From Eledone cirrhosa (Eukaryota): a stretch of 64,000 bases of DNA. Positions 28,101 to 42,040 of this stretch are shown here, one piece after another; within the stretch, counting starts at the first letter, position 1; the number at the start of each line of letters is the position of its first letter. The DNA is taken from contig OZ024743.1 in assembly GCA_964016885.1 (NCBI GenBank), positions 179,862,001-179,926,000 on the forward strand, read 5' to 3'. Below the pieces are notes generated by a model. The model saw nothing but the letters and a program-made list of their open reading frames with translations. It was not told where the DNA came from and did no database searches. Made by a program: the position numbers and the translations under genes.

Positions 28101-31100
28101 TTGTCGTTGATGATGATGTTGTTGGGGGTAGTGGTTGTGGTGGTGGTGTTGTCGTTGATGATGATGTTGGGGCTAGTAGTTGTGGTGGTGGTGTTGTCGT
28201 TGATGATGATGTTGGGAGTAGTGGTTGTGGTGGTGGAGTTGTCGTTGATGATGATGTTGGGGCTAGTAGTTGTGGTGGTGGTGTTGTCGTTGATGATGAT
28301 GATGTTGGGGGTAGTGGTTGTGGTGGTGGAGTTGTCGTTGATGATGATGTTGGGGCTAGTAGTTGTGGTGGTGGTGTTGTCGTTGATGATGATGTTGGGA
28401 GTAGTGGTTGTGGTGGTGGTGTTGTCGTTGATGATGATGATGTTGGGGGTAGTGGTTGTGGTGGTGGTGTTGTCGTTGATGATGATGATGTTGGGGTAGT
28501 GGTTGTGGTGGTGGTGTTGTCGTTGATGATGATGTTGGGGTTAGTGGTTGTGGTGGTGGTTTTGTCGTTGATGATGATGTTGTTGGGGTAGTGGTTGTGG
28601 TGGTGGTGTTGTTGTTGATGATGATGTTGTTGGGGTAGTGGTTGTGGTGGTGGTGTTGTCGTTGATGATGATGTTGTTGGGGTAGTGGTTGTGGTGGTGG
28701 TGTTGTCGTTGATGATGATGTTGTTGGGGTAGTGGTTGTGGTGGTGGTGTTGTCGTTGATGATGATGTTGTTGGGGTAGTGGTTGTGGTGGTGGTGTTGT
28801 CGTTGATGATGATGTTGGGGTTAGTGGTTGTGGTGGTGGTGTTGTCGTTGATGATGATGTTGGGGTTAGTTGTTGTGGTGGTGGTGTTGTCGTTGATGAT
28901 GATGTTGGGAGTAGTGGTTGTGGTGGTGGTGTTGTCGTTGATGATGATGATGTTGGGGGTAGTGGTTGTGGTGGTGGTGTTGTCGTTGATGATGATGATG
29001 TTGGGGGTAGTGATTGTGGTGGTGGTGGTGTCGTTGATGATGATGATGTTGGGGTAGTGGTTGTGGTGGTGGTGTTTTCGTTGATGATGATGATGTTGGG
29101 GTAGTGGTTGTGGTGGTGGTGGTGTCGTTGATGATGATGATGATGTTGGGGTAGTGGTTGTTGTGGTTGAGTTGTCGTTGATGATGATGTTGGGAGTAGT
29201 GCTTGTGGTGGTGGTGTTGTCGTTGATGATGATGATGTTGGGGGTAGTGGTTGTGGTGGTGGTGGTGTCGTTAATGATGATTATGTTGGGGTAGTGGTTG
29301 TGGTGGTGGTGGTGTCGTTGATGATGATGATGTTGGGGGTAGTGGTGGTGGTGGTGTCGTTGATGATGATGATGTTGGGGGTAGTGGTTGTGGTGGTGGT
29401 GTTGTCGTTGATGATGATGATGTTGGGGTAGTGCTTGTGGTGGTGGTGTTGTCGTTGATGATGATGATGTTGGGGTAGTGGTTGTGGTGGTGGTGGTGTC
29501 GTTAATGATGATTATGTTGGGGTAGTGGTTGTGGTGGTGGTGGTGTCGTTGATGATGATGATGTTGGGGGTAGTGGTGGTGGTGGTGTCGTTGATGATGA
29601 TGATGTTGGGGGTAGTGGTTGTGGTGGTGGTGTTGTCGTTGATGATGATGATGTTGGGGTAGTGCTTGTGGTGGTGGTGTTGTCGTTGATGATGATGATG
29701 TGGGGGATAGTGGTTGTGGTGGTGGTGTTTTCGTTGATGATGATGTTGGGGGTTGTGGATGTGGTGGTGGTGTTGTCGTTGATGATGATGATGTTGGGGT
29801 TAGTGGTTGTGGTGGTGATGTTGTCGTTGATGATGATGATGTTGGGGGTAGTGGTTGTGGTGGTGGTGTTGTCGTTCATGATGATGATGATGTTGGGGTA
29901 GTGGTTGTGGTGGTGGTGTTGTCGTTGATGATGATGATGATGTTGGGGTAGTGGTTGTGGTGGTGGTGATGTCGTTGATGATGAGGATGATGTTGGGGTA
30001 GTGGTTGTGGTGGTGGTGTTGTCGTTGATGATGATGATGATGTTGGGGTAGTGGTTGTGGTGGTGGTGTTGTCGTTGATGATGATGATGTTGGGGGTAGT
30101 GGTTGTAGTGGTGGTGTTGTCGCTGACGATGATGTTGGAGTAGTGCATGTGGTGGTGGTGTTGTCGTTGATGATGATGATGATGTTGGGGGTAGTGGTTG
30201 TGGTGGTGGTGTTGTTGTTGATGATGATGATGATGATGTTGGAATAGTGGTTGTGGTGGTGGCGTTGTCGTTGATGATGATGATGATGTTGGGGGTAGTG
30301 GTTGTGGTGGTGGTGTTGTCGTTGATGATGATGATGTTGGGGGTAGTGGTTGTGGTGGTGGTGTTGTCGTTGATGATGATGATGTTGGGGGTAGTGGTTG
30401 TGGTGGTGGTGTTGTTGTTGATGATGATGTTGGAATAGTTGTTGTGGTGGTGGTGTGTCGTTGATGATGATGATGTTGGGGGTAGTGGTTGTGGTGGTGG
30501 TGTTGTCGTTGATGATGATGATGTTGGGGTAGTGGTTGTGGTGGTGGTGTTGTCTGTGATGATGATGATGTTGGGGTAGTGGTTGTGGTGGTGGTGTTGT
30601 CGTTGATGATGATGATGTTGGGGTAGTGGTTGTGGTGGTGGTGTTGTCTTTGATGATTATGATGTTGGGGTAGTGGTTGTGGTGGTGGTGTTGTCGTTGA
30701 TGATGATGGTGTTTGGGGGTAGTGGTTGTGGTGGTGGTGTTGTCGTTGATGATGCTGATGTTGGGGTAGTGGTTGTGGTGGTGGTGTTGTCGTTGATGAT
30801 GATGGTGTTTGGGGGTAGTGGTTGTGGTGGTGGTGGTGTCGTTGATGATGATGATGATGTTGGGGTAGTGGTTGTGGTGGTGGTGTTGTCGTTGATGATG
30901 ATGATGTTGGGGGTAGTGGTTGTGGTGGTGTTGTTGTCGTTGATGATGATGATGTTGGGGGTAGTGGTTGTGGTGGTGGTGGTGTCGTTGATGATGATGA
31001 TGTTGGGGGTAGTGGTTGTGGTGGTGGTGTTTTCGTTGATGATGATGATGTTGGGGTAGTGGTTGTGGTGGTGGTGGTGTCGTTGATGATAATGATGATG

Positions 31101-34100
31101 TTGGGGTAGTGGTTGTGGTGGTGGTGTTGTCGTTGATAATGATGATGATGTTGGGGTAGTGGTTGTGGTGGAGGTGTTGTTGATGATGATGTTGGGGTTA
31201 GTGGTTGTGGTGGTGGTGTTGTCGTTGATGATGATGGTGTTTGGGGGTAGTGGTTGTGGTGGTGGTGTTGTCGTTGATGATGATGATGTTGGGGTAGTGG
31301 TTGTGGTGGTGGTGTTGTCGTTGATGATGATGATGTTGGGGGTAGTGGTTGTGGTGGTGGTGTTGTCGTTGATGATGATGATGATGTTGGGGTAGTGGTT
31401 GTGTTGGTGGTGTTGTCGTTGATGATGATGATGTTGGGGGTAGTGGTTGTGGTGGTGGTGGTGTCGTTGATGATGATGATGTTGGGGGTAGTGGTTGTGG
31501 TGGTGGTGTTGTCGTTGATGATGATGATGTTGGGGTAGTGCTTGTGGTGGTGGTGTTGTCGTTGATGATGATGATGTTGGGGATAGTGGTTGTGGTGGTG
31601 GTGGTGTCGTTGATGATGATTATGTTGGGGTAGTGTTTGTGGTGGTGGTGGTGTCGTTGATGATGATGATGTTGGGGGTAGTGGTTGTGGTGGTGGTGGT
31701 GTCATTGATGATGATGATGTTATGGGTAGTGGTTGTGGTGGTGGTGTTGTCGTTGATGATGATGATGTTGGGGTAGTGCTTGTGGTGGTGGTGTTGTCGT
31801 TGATGATGATGATGTGGGGGATAGTGGTTGTGGTGGTGGTGTTGTCGTTGATGATGATGATGTTGGGGGTTGTGGATGTGGTGGTGGTGTTGTCGTTGAT
31901 GATGATGATGTTGGGGTTAGTGGTTGTGGTGGTGATGTTGTCGTTGATGATGATGATGTTGGGGGTAGTGGTTGTGGTGGTGGTGTTGTCGTTGATGATG
32001 ATGATGATGTTGGGGGTAGTGGTTGTGGTGGTGGTGTTGTCGTTGATGATGATGATGATGTTGGGGTAGTGGTTGTGGTGGTGGTGATCTCGTTGATGAT
32101 GATGATGATGTTGGGGTAGTGGTTGTGGTGGTGGTGGTGTCGTTGATGATGATGATGTTGCGGTTAGCGGTTGTGGTGGTGGTATTGTCGTTGATGATGA
32201 TGATGTTGGGGGTAGTGGTTGTAGTGGTGGTGTTGTCGTTGATGATGATGATGTTGGGGGTAGTGGTTGTGGTGGTGGTGTTGTCGTTGATGATGATGAT
32301 GTTGGGGTTAGCGGTTGTGGTGGTGGTGTTGTCGTTGATGATGATGATGTTGGGGGTAGTGGTTGTAGTGGTGGTGTTGTCGCTGATGATGATGTTGGAG
32401 TAGTGCATGTGGTGGTGGTGTTGTCGTTGATGATGATGATGATGTTGGGGGTAGTGGTTGTGGTGGTGGTGTTGTCGTTGATGATGATGATGTTGGGGGT
32501 AGTGGTTGTGGTGGTGGTGTTGTCGTTGATGATGATGATGTTGGGGGTAGTGGTTGTAGTGGTGGTGTTGTCGCTGATGATGATGATGTTGGGGGTAGTG
32601 GTTGTAGTGGTGGTGTTGTCGCTGATGATGATGATGTTGGGGGTAGTGGTTGTGGTGGTGGTGTTGTCGTTGATGATGATGATGTTGGGGGTAGTGGTTG
32701 TAGTGGTGGTGTTGTCGCTGATGATGATGTTGGAGTAGTGCATGTGGTGGTGGTGTTGTCGTTGATGATGATGATGATGTTGGGGGTAGTGGTTGTGGTG
32801 GTGGTGTTGTCGTTGATGATGATGATGTTGGGAGTAGTGGTTGTGGTGGTGGTGTTGTCGTTGATGATGATGATGTTGGGGGTAGTGGTTGTGGTTGTGG
32901 TTTTGTTGTTGATGATGATGTTGGAATAGTGGTTGTGGCGGTGGTGTTGTCGTTGATGATGATGATGTTGGGGGTAGTGGTTGTAGTGGTGGTGTTGTCG
33001 CTGATGATGATGTTGGAGTAGTGCATGTGGTGGTGGTGTTGTCGGTGATGATGATGATGATGTTGGGGGTAGGTGTTGTGATGGTGGTGTCGTCGTTGAT
33101 GATGATGATGTTGGGGTAGTAGTTGTGGTGGTGGTGTTGTCGTTGATGATGATGATGTTGGGGTAGTGGTTGTGGTGGTGGTGTTGTCGTTGATGATGAT
33201 GGTGTTGGGGTAGTGGTTGTGGTGGTGGTGTTGTCTTTGATGATGATGATGTTGGGGTAGTGGTTGTGGTGGTGGTGTTGTCGTTGATGATGATGGTGTT
33301 TGGGGGTAGTGGTTGTGGTGGTGGTGTTGTCGTTGATGATGCTGATGTTGGGGGTAGTGGTTGTGGTGGTGGTGTTGTCGTTGATGATGATGGTGTTTGG
33401 GGGTAGTGGTTGTGGTGGTGGTGGTGTCGTTGATGATGATGATGTTGGGGGTAGTGGTTGTGGTGGTGGTGGTGTCGTTGATGATGATGATGTTGGGGTA
33501 GTGGTTGTGGTGGTGGTGTTGTTGATGATGATGATGTTGGGGTTAGTGGTTGTGGTGGTGGTGTTGTCGTTGATGATGATGATGATGTTGGGGTAGTGGT
33601 TGTGGTGGTGGTATTGTCGTTGATGATGATGATGATGTTGGGGTAGTGGTTGTGGTGGTGGTGTTGTCGTTGATGATGAAGATGATGTTGGGGTAAGTGG
33701 TAGTGGTGGTGTTGTTGTCGTTGATGATGATGTTGTTGGGGGTAGTGGTTGTGGTGGTGGTGTTGTCGTTGATGATGATGTTGGGGCTAGTAGTTGTGGT
33801 GGTGGTGTTGTCGTTGATGATGATGTTGGGAGTAGTGGTTGTGGTGGTGGAGTTGTCGTTGATGATGATGTTGGGGCTAGTAGTTGTGGTGGTGGTGTTG
33901 TCGTTGATGATGATGATGTTGGGGGTAGTGGTTGTGGTGGTGGAGTTGTCGTTGATGATGATGTTGGGGCTAGTAGTTGTGGTGTTGGTGTTGTCGTTGA
34001 TGATGATGTTGGGAGTAGTGGTTGTGGTGGTGGTGTTGTCGTTGATGATGATGATGTTGGGGGTAGTGGTTGTGGTGGTGGTGTTGTCGTTGATGATGAT

Positions 34101-37100
34101 GATGTTGGGGTAGTGGTTGTGGTGGTGGTGTTGTCGTTGATGATGATGTTGGGGTTAGTGGTTGTGGTGGTGGTTTTGTCGTTGATGATGATGTTGTTGG
34201 GGTAGTGGTTGTGGTGGTGGTGTTGTCGTTGATGATGATGTTGTTGGGGTAGTGGTTGTGGTGGTGGTGTTGTCGTTGATGATGATGTTGTTGGGGTAGT
34301 GGTTGTGGTGGTGGTGTTGTCGTTGATGATGATGTTGTTGGGGTAGTGGTTGTGGTGGTGGTGTTGTCGTTGATGATGATGTTGTTGGGGTAGTGGTTGT
34401 GGTGGTGGTGTTGTCGTTGATGATGATGTTGGGGTTAGTGGTTGTGGTGGTGGTGTTGTCGTTGATGATGATGTTGGGGTTAGTGGTTGTGGTGGTGGTG
34501 TTGTCGTTGATGATGATGTTGGGAGTAGTGGTTGTGGTGGTGGTGTTGTCGTTGATGATGATGATGTTGGGGGTAGTGGTTGTGGTGGTGGTGTTGTCGT
34601 TGATGATGATGATGTTGGGGGTAGTGATTGTGGTGGTGGTGGTGTCGTTGATGATGATGATGTTGGGGGTAGTGGTTGTGGTGGTGGTGTTTTCGTTGAT
34701 GATGATGATGTTGGGGTAGTGGTTGTGGTGGTGGTGGTGTCGTTGATGATGATGATGATGTTGGGGTAGTGGTTGTTGTGGTTGAGTTGTCGTTGATGAT
34801 GATGTTGGGAGTAGTGGTTGTGGTGGTGGTGTTGTCGTTGATGATGATGTTGGGAGTAGTGGTTGTGGTGGTGGTGTTGTCGTTGATGATGATGATGTTG
34901 GGGTAGTGGTTGTGGTGGTGGTGTTGTCGTTGATGATGATGATGTTGGGGGTAGTGGTTGTGGTGGTGGTGGTGTCGTTGATGATGATGATGTTGGGGGT
35001 AGTGGTTGTGGTGGTGGTGTTGTCGTTGATGATGATGATGTTGGGGTAGTGCTTGTGGTGGTGGTGTTGTCGTTGATGATGATGATGTTGGGGATAGTGG
35101 TTGTGGTGGTGGTGGTGTCGTTAATGATGATTATGTTGGGGTAGTGGTTGTGGTGGTGGTGGTGTCGTTGATGATGATGATGTTGGGGGTAGTGGTGGTG
35201 GTGGTGTCGTTGATGATGATGATGTTGGGGGTAGTGGTTGTGGTGGTGGTGTTGTCGTTGATGATGATGATGTTGGGGTAGTGCTTGTGGTGGTGGTGTT
35301 GTCGTTGATGATGATGATGTGGGGGATAGTGGTTGTGGTGGTGGTGTTGTCGTTGATGATGATGTTGGGGGTTGTGGATGTGGTGGTGGTGTTGTCGTTG
35401 ATGATGATGATGTTGGGGTTAGTGGTTGTGGTGGTGATGTTGTCGTTGATGATGATGATGTTGGGGGTAGTGGTTGTGGTGGTGGTGTTGTCGTTGATGA
35501 TGATGATGATGTTGGGGTAGTGGTTGTGGTGGTGGTGTTGTCGTTGATGATGATGATGATGTTGGGGTAGTGGTTGTGGTGGTGGTGATGTCGTTGATGA
35601 TGAGGATGATGTTGGGGTAGTGGTTGTGGTGGTGGTGTTGTCGTTGATGATGATGATGATGTTGGGGTAGTGGTTGTGGTGGTGGTGTTGTCGTTGATGA
35701 TGATGATGTTGGGGGTAGTGGTTGTAGTGGTGGTGTTGTCGCTGACGATGATGTTGGAGTAGTGCATGTGGTGGTGGTGTTGTCGTTGATGATGATGATG
35801 ATGTTGGGGGTAGTGGTTGTGGTGGTGGTGTTGTTGTTGATGATGATGATGATGATGTTGGAATAGTGGTTGTGGTGGTGGCGTTGTCGTTGATGATGAT
35901 GATGATGTTGGGGGTAGTGGTTGTGGTGGTGGTGTTGTCGTTGATGATGATGATGTTGGGGGTAGTGGTTGTGGTGGTGGTGTTGTCGTTGATGATGATG
36001 ATGTTGGGGGTAGTGGTTGTGGTGGTGGTGTTGTTGTTGATGATGATGTTGGAATAGTTGTTGTGGTGGTGGTGTGTCGTTGATGATGATGATGTTGGGG
36101 GTAGTGGTTGTGGTGGTGGTGTTGTCGTTGATGATGATGATGTTGGGGTAGTGGTTGTGGTGGTGGTGTTGTCTTTGATGATGATGATGTTGGGGTAGTG
36201 GTTGTGGTGGTGGTGTTGTCGTTGATGATGATGATGTTGGGGTAGTGGTTGTGGTGGTGGTGTTGTCTTTGATGATGATGATGTTGGGGTAGTGGTTGTG
36301 GTGGTGGTGTTGTCGTTGATGATGATGGTGTTTGGGGGTAGTGGTTGTGGTGGTGGTGTTGTCGTTGATGATGCTGATGTTGGGGTAGTGGTTGTGGTGG
36401 TGGTGTTGTCGTTGATGATGATGGTGTTTGGGGGTAGTGGTTGTGGTGGTGGTGGTGTCGTTGATGATGATGATGATGTTGGGGTAGTGGTTGTGGTGGT
36501 GGTGTTGTCGTTGATGATGATGATGTTGGGGGTAGTGGTTGTGGTGGTGTTGTTGTCGTTGATGATGATGATGTTGGGGGTAGTGGTTGTGGTGGTGGTG
36601 GTGTCGTTGATGATGATGATGTTGGGGGTAGTGGTTGTGGTGGTGGTGTTTTCGTTGATGATGATGATGTTGGGGTAGTGGTTGTGGTGGTGGTGGTGTC
36701 GTTGATGATAATGATGATGTTGGGGTAGTGGTTGTGGTGGTGGTGTTGTCGTTGATAATGATGATGATGTTGGGGTAGTGGTTGTGGTGGAGGTGTTGTT
36801 GATGATGATGTTGGGGTTAGTGGTTGTGGTGGTGGTGTTGTCGTTGATGATGATGGTGTTTGGGGGTAGTGGTTGTGGTGGTGGTGTTGTCGTTGATGAT
36901 GATGATGTTGGGGTAGTGGTTGTGTTGGTGGTGTTGTCGTTGATGATGATGATGTTGGGGGTAGTGGTTGTGGTGGTGGTGGTGTCGTTGATGATGATGA
37001 TGTTGGGGGTAGTGGTTGTGGTGGTGGTGTTGTCGTTGATGATGATGATGATGTTGGGGTAGTGGTTGTGGTGGTGGTGTTGTCTTTGATGATGATGATG

Positions 37101-38850
37101 TTGGGGGTAGTGGTTGTGGTGGTGGTGTTGTCGTTGATGATGATGATGTTGGGGGTAGTGGTTGTGGTGGTGGTGTTGTCGTTGATGATGATGGTGTTTG
37201 GGGGTAGTGGTTGTGGTGGTGGTGTTGTCGTTGATGATGATTATGTTGGGGTAGTGGCTGTGGTGGTGGTGTTGTCGTTGATGATGATGATGTTGGGTGT
37301 AGTGGTTGTGGTGGTGGTGTTGTCGTTGATGATGATGATGTTGGGGGTAGTGGTTGTGGTGGTGGTGGTGTCGTTGATGATGATGATGTTGGGGGTAGTG
37401 GTTGTGGTGGTGGTGTTGTCGTTGACGATGATGGTGTTTGGGGGTAGTGGTTGTGGTGGTGGTGTTGTCGTTGTTGATGATGATGTTGGGGTAGTGGTTG
37501 TGGTGGTGGTGTTGTCGTTGATGATGATGATGATGTTGGGGTAGTGGTTGTGGTGGTGGTGTTGTCGTTGATGATGATGATGATGTTGGGGTAGTGGTTG
37601 TGGTGGTGGTGTTGTCGTTGATGATGATGATGATGTTGGGGTAGTGGTTGTGGTGGTGGTGTTGTCGTTGATGATGATGATGATGTTGGGGTAGTGGTTG
37701 TGGTGGTGGTGTTGTCGTTGATGATGATGATGATGTTGGGGTAGTGGTTGTGGTGGTGGTGTTGTCGTTGATGATGATGGTGTTTGGGGGTAGTGGTTGT
37801 GGTGGTGGTGTTGTCGTTGATGATGATGATGATGTTGGGGTAGTGGTTGTGGTGGTGGTGTTGTCGTTGATGATGATGATGATGTTGGGGTAGTGGTTGT
37901 GGTGGTGGTGTTGTCGTTGATGTTGATGATGATGTTGGGATAGTGGTTGTGGTGGTGGTGTTGTCGTTGATGATGATGATGATGTTGGGGTAGTGGTTGT
38001 GGTGGTGGTGTTGTCGTTGATGATGATGATGATGTTGGGGTAGTGGTTGTGGTGGTGGTGTTGTCGTTGATGATGATGGTGTTTGGGGGTAGTGGTTGTG
38101 GTGGTGGTGTTGTCGTTGATGATTATGATGATGTTGGGGGGTAGTGTTTGTGGTGGTGGTGTTGTCGTTGATGATGATGATGTTGGGGGTAGTGGTTGTG
38201 GTGGTGGTGTTGTCGTTGATGATGATGTTGTTGGGGGATAGTAGTTGTGGTGGTGGTGTTGTCGTTGATGATGATGGTGTTTGGAGGTAGTGGTTGTGGT
38301 GGTGGTGTTGTCGTTGATGATGATGATGATGTTATGGGTAGTGGTTGTGGTGGTGGTTTTGTCGTTGATGATGATGTTGTTGGGGGGTAGTAGTTGTGGT
38401 GGTGGTGTTGTCGTTGATGATGATGATGTTGGGGGTAGTGGTTGTGGTGGTGGTGTTGTCGTTGATGATGATGATGTTGGGGGTAGTGGTTGTGGTGGTG
38501 TTGTCGTTGATGATGATGATGTTGGGGGTAGTGGTTGTGGTGGTGGTGTTGTCGTTGATGATGATGATGTTAGGGGTAGTGGTTGTGGTGGTGGTGTTGT
38601 CGTTGATGATGATGATGTTGGGAGTAGTGTTTGTGGTGGTGGAGTTGTCGTTGATGATGCTGATGCTGGGTGGGGGGGTGTAGTGGTTGTGGTGGTGTCG
38701 TTGATGATGATGATGTTGGGGTAGTGGTTGTGGTGGTGGTGTTGTCGTTGATGATGCTGATGTTGGGTGGGGGGGGGTAGTGGTTGTGGTGGTGGTGTCG
38801 TTGATGATGATGATGTTGGGGTAGTGGTTGTGGTGGTGGTGTTGTCGTTG
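22120..38850. repeat. G/T-rich satellite, unit ~44-51 bp (consensus ggggtagtggttgtggtggtggtgttgtcgttgatgatgatgatgtt), with ~5.6-kb higher-order duplication
   Basis: Unit directly visible over ~16.7 kb; variant runs recur at +5614/+5619 (e.g. track ORFs 26303-27412 vs 31917-33026 and 30247 vs 35866). Confidence 0.97.
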
Positions 38851-39086
38851 ATGTTGTCGTTGATAAAGATACTTGGGGTAGCTGTGGTGAGGGTGAAAGT
38901 AATGTTGGTGATGGTTATGATGGTTATGATGGTGATGATGGTGATGATGATGATGGGTGTATTGGTGTTGATGGTGATGATGGTGTCGTGATTTTTATTT
39001 TAAAATATGTGTTCATAAAACTGTGTCAGAGAAAACTCTTGTTGATTTACCTCTCACTATCTCTCTCTTTATATTGACTAACAGAA

Positions 39087-39662
39087 GGGCGGTTGATTGA
39101 CAGTATCAGTAGAGGGTCGAACGCCCTGCTTTGCAGCATAGAGTTACGTCCCTTTATGATCTGAGTTCAAATCCCGCAGAGGTTAACTTTGTCTTTCATC
39201 CTTACGGTGTCGATAAAATAAAGTACCAGTCACGCACTGGGGTCGATTTAATCGAATTTCCCATCCCCAAATTGATGGCCTTGTGCCTGTATAAGAAACC
39301 ATTATATTGAATTTCTGCTGAGGCTAGCTTCCCTTTCCTCATTACTCTGTTGATAACATAAAGTACCAGTAATGAGCTGGTGTCGATTTAATCCATTTTC
39401 ACCTCCGCTAAAATTGTTGGCCTTGTGCCTAAATCAGAAACACTTATTATACCTTCTCATGAAAATTAAGATCTCTTGATGTGATGCCTGTTTCAATGAA
39501 AAATAGCAAACATAATGATAATATTAATAATAATAGTTTCTTACTTTGGCACAAGGCCAACAATTGTGGGGGAGGATAATCTCGATTAACTTGACTCCAG
39601 TGCATTACGGGTGCTTTATTTCGTCGACCCCGTAAGGATGAAAGGCAAAGCTAATCTCGGCA
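39087..39662. mobile_element. Older S1-related SINEs: 39087-39307 (+), 39311-39450 (+, partial), 39535-39662 (-, partial)
   Basis: S1 body with an extra gcactggggtcgatttaatcga segment before ggccttgtgcc. Confidence 0.75.
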
Positions 39663-41203
39663 AAGCTAGTCTCCGCAAAAGACTGAGCAAACACTCTAAA
39701 CCGAACGCCAACCAGCAACCATGACTCCTGCTAAACTATTCCGCAACCCAACCTCTGAATTTGGCAAACCAAATGCAGACCGCCACACCAACCCCCACCA
39801 CATCCCGCTCACAAAGTAAGCAAACTGAACACAGACCGCAACAGCCACCAAAATGGGGGTGACAGTCTTTATCAAGATGCAGCTATCATATGACATGGGT
39901 TTCTATATAATCCATGCTATAATTTAGAAAATATTTTTACCGCTAGTAAAACAGAAGTTGTTTCATGTCGTTAATAATTACACCCCGGTTGGATTGAACC
40001 CGCCAACTGCGGTAGACGCCTTATGACGTCTACAAAGTGACAATAGGAAATTACTATGACTTGTGAACAAGATTCAAGAAATTTCAACAAGAGTAATCAT
40101 TAAAATCAACAGATATTTGACAGTAACGACTCCTCCAAATTCCTTAGTAGGTTACACAGTCGCCCAACTTGAACTAGTGACTCATATGTTGAGTACGGGG
40201 CTGATCTCTACACGTGGAAGTTAAACATCTATAAATTCGCCTTCATTCATACTTGAAAACTATCGAGATATCATAGAATAAAATCTGGCCAGTCTAAACT
40301 GGTCAGTGACGATGACGAAGAAACAGAAGAAGTGGAAGAAGAAGAAGAAGAAGAAGAAGAAAGCTTTTGTAAGGGGAAAAGTTATTGTTCCAACTCGAAT
40401 TGACAAAGTAAAAAGGCGAAGAGATCAATAATTTTAAATGCAGATTAAAATTGTGAAATGAATAGATTTATCAAAAGTTCAAATAGATTTTTAAATATGA
40501 AAGAATGGAGCAGAGATACGAAGACAAATAATATCATAGCGATCAACGAACAAACCCCGATTATTATGGAGGCGACATTTAATGGTGTTTAGAGAAAGAC
40601 AATAAATAATTTAACTATTATCAAAATGCTGTTATATTTTGAAAGCTGAGATATCGCAGAAATTCTAGGCATTGAGGTTGAAACAAAAGGTTAAAAGAAC
40701 AAAGCCATGGAGGAAAAGAAATATCGAAGAAACAAAATTCGTAAACTGTATGCAGCCTTGTATTGAAAATGTGTCTCGCCCGTAATAAAGAGAGGATAAA
40801 AAGGACGTTACAATATGATCAACATTTACGATAATAGGGTAATAGAATGAAATGTCGGTGTTATAAATATGTAGGGATATTCCAGGATAAGGAAAGAAAA
40901 CTTTAGGAAATGAAGATTAATGATGGAGGAAAATATACATAAATATCAGGGAGATAGTAGAAAGATGTTTTAACGGAAAGGACGTTATTAAAAAAACAAT
41001 CATCTGGGCATTGGAAATATGTAGATATTGTGTATCAGTCCGTCAGTGCATGAAAATATATTTAATGAAATAAATTGACACATCAAACACAAGATAAGAA
41101 CGATGAATAGGCTGTTTATGTGGTATTTACGAAGGAGGCGGAAATGGGTCATATATGTGCAGTACATCGTTCACTATCGTACAGCGAGGACGTTAGAAGT
41201 AGA

Positions 41204-41381
41204 GGCAGTATTGGAAGAGAGTCGGACGCCGTGTTTTCCAGCATAGTTACGACCCTTTATGGTCTGAGTTCAAATCCCGCTGAGGATAACTTTGCCTTTC
41301 ATCCTTACGGTGTCGATAAAATAAAGTACCAGTAATGTACTGGCCAATATCTGGACTTGTGCCAAAAGTAGAAACAATTAT
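41204..41381 (+). mobile_element. S1 SINE
   Basis: ggcagtattggaagagagtcggacgcc...gagttcaaatccc...cttgtgccaaaagtagaaacaatta. Confidence 0.82.
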
Positions 41382-41599
41382 ATAGGAATATGAACATGAA
41401 AGAAAATCAATCATAAATATATAGAATTAGGAAAATGTTGCGAAATCCAAAAAGAGATTGCTAGAAAACTGGAAAGAGAATATATGAGTATTAATAGAAG
41501 CACTGATAGATGAGATGCGGTTATAATATAGAAAAATAGAGAATCATGTAGATTATGAAATTTGGAGTATAAGAAGGACGAGAAAAAATGAAAGAGAAA

Positions 41600-42040
41600 A
41601 TGTATTGAAAATTCATATAAAAAATGACAATACTCATCGCTAGAACAGCCGTTAAAACAGCCAAATACTATCAATGACAGCAATGGGCAAAACTGCCACA
41701 GAGGATAGAAACGAGCGGTCGGCAGAGATACAATCCACGATGTGGATGACAGCCAGATGAAATATAGGTGAACTTGTTTTCTAAATCACCTTTCTATATT
41801 TCCTTTCTCCGAACATATTTGTGTGCCGGCACGCTTCTCCTTCTTCTCCCCCTCTTTCAATCTATTCTATATTTCATCTGGCTATCACCCATCTCGTGGA
41901 TTGTCACTCGGTCAGCCGCTGGCCCCTGGCCTCTATCCTGTCAGGCATTTTTGCCGATCGCTGTCATTGAGAGCATAAGGCTATTTTAACGGCTGTTCTT
42001 CCGATGAGTTTTCTCATTTTTATATGAATTCAAAAATACT
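41600..42040. mobile_element. Fold-back / MITE-like element with ~170-bp diverged inverted arms
   Basis: Left arm attcatataaaaaatgacaatactcatcg..agaacagccgttaaaacagcc..tcaatgacagc..acaatccacga..agccagatgaaatatag; right arm ctatatttcatctggct..tcgtggattgt..gctgtcattga..ggctattttaacggctgttct..cgatgagt..tcatttttatatgaat. Confidence 0.75.

Noticed and set aside
29876-35767. 1963-aa mucin-like or His/Thr/Pro-rich ORF and other satellite ORFs
   Set aside because: The C/A-rich strand of the satellite rarely forms stop codons; the reading phase drifts with unit length; no domain is recognisable.
22120-38850. CRISPR array or telomeric array
   Set aside because: No unique spacers and a eukaryotic context; TTGGGG occurs only once per unit and there are no TTAGGG runs.
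40370-41100. Purine-rich stretch with a GDFN-like remnant (~40565), perhaps an ancient LINE endonuclease
   Set aside because: Too degenerate to support without a profile search.
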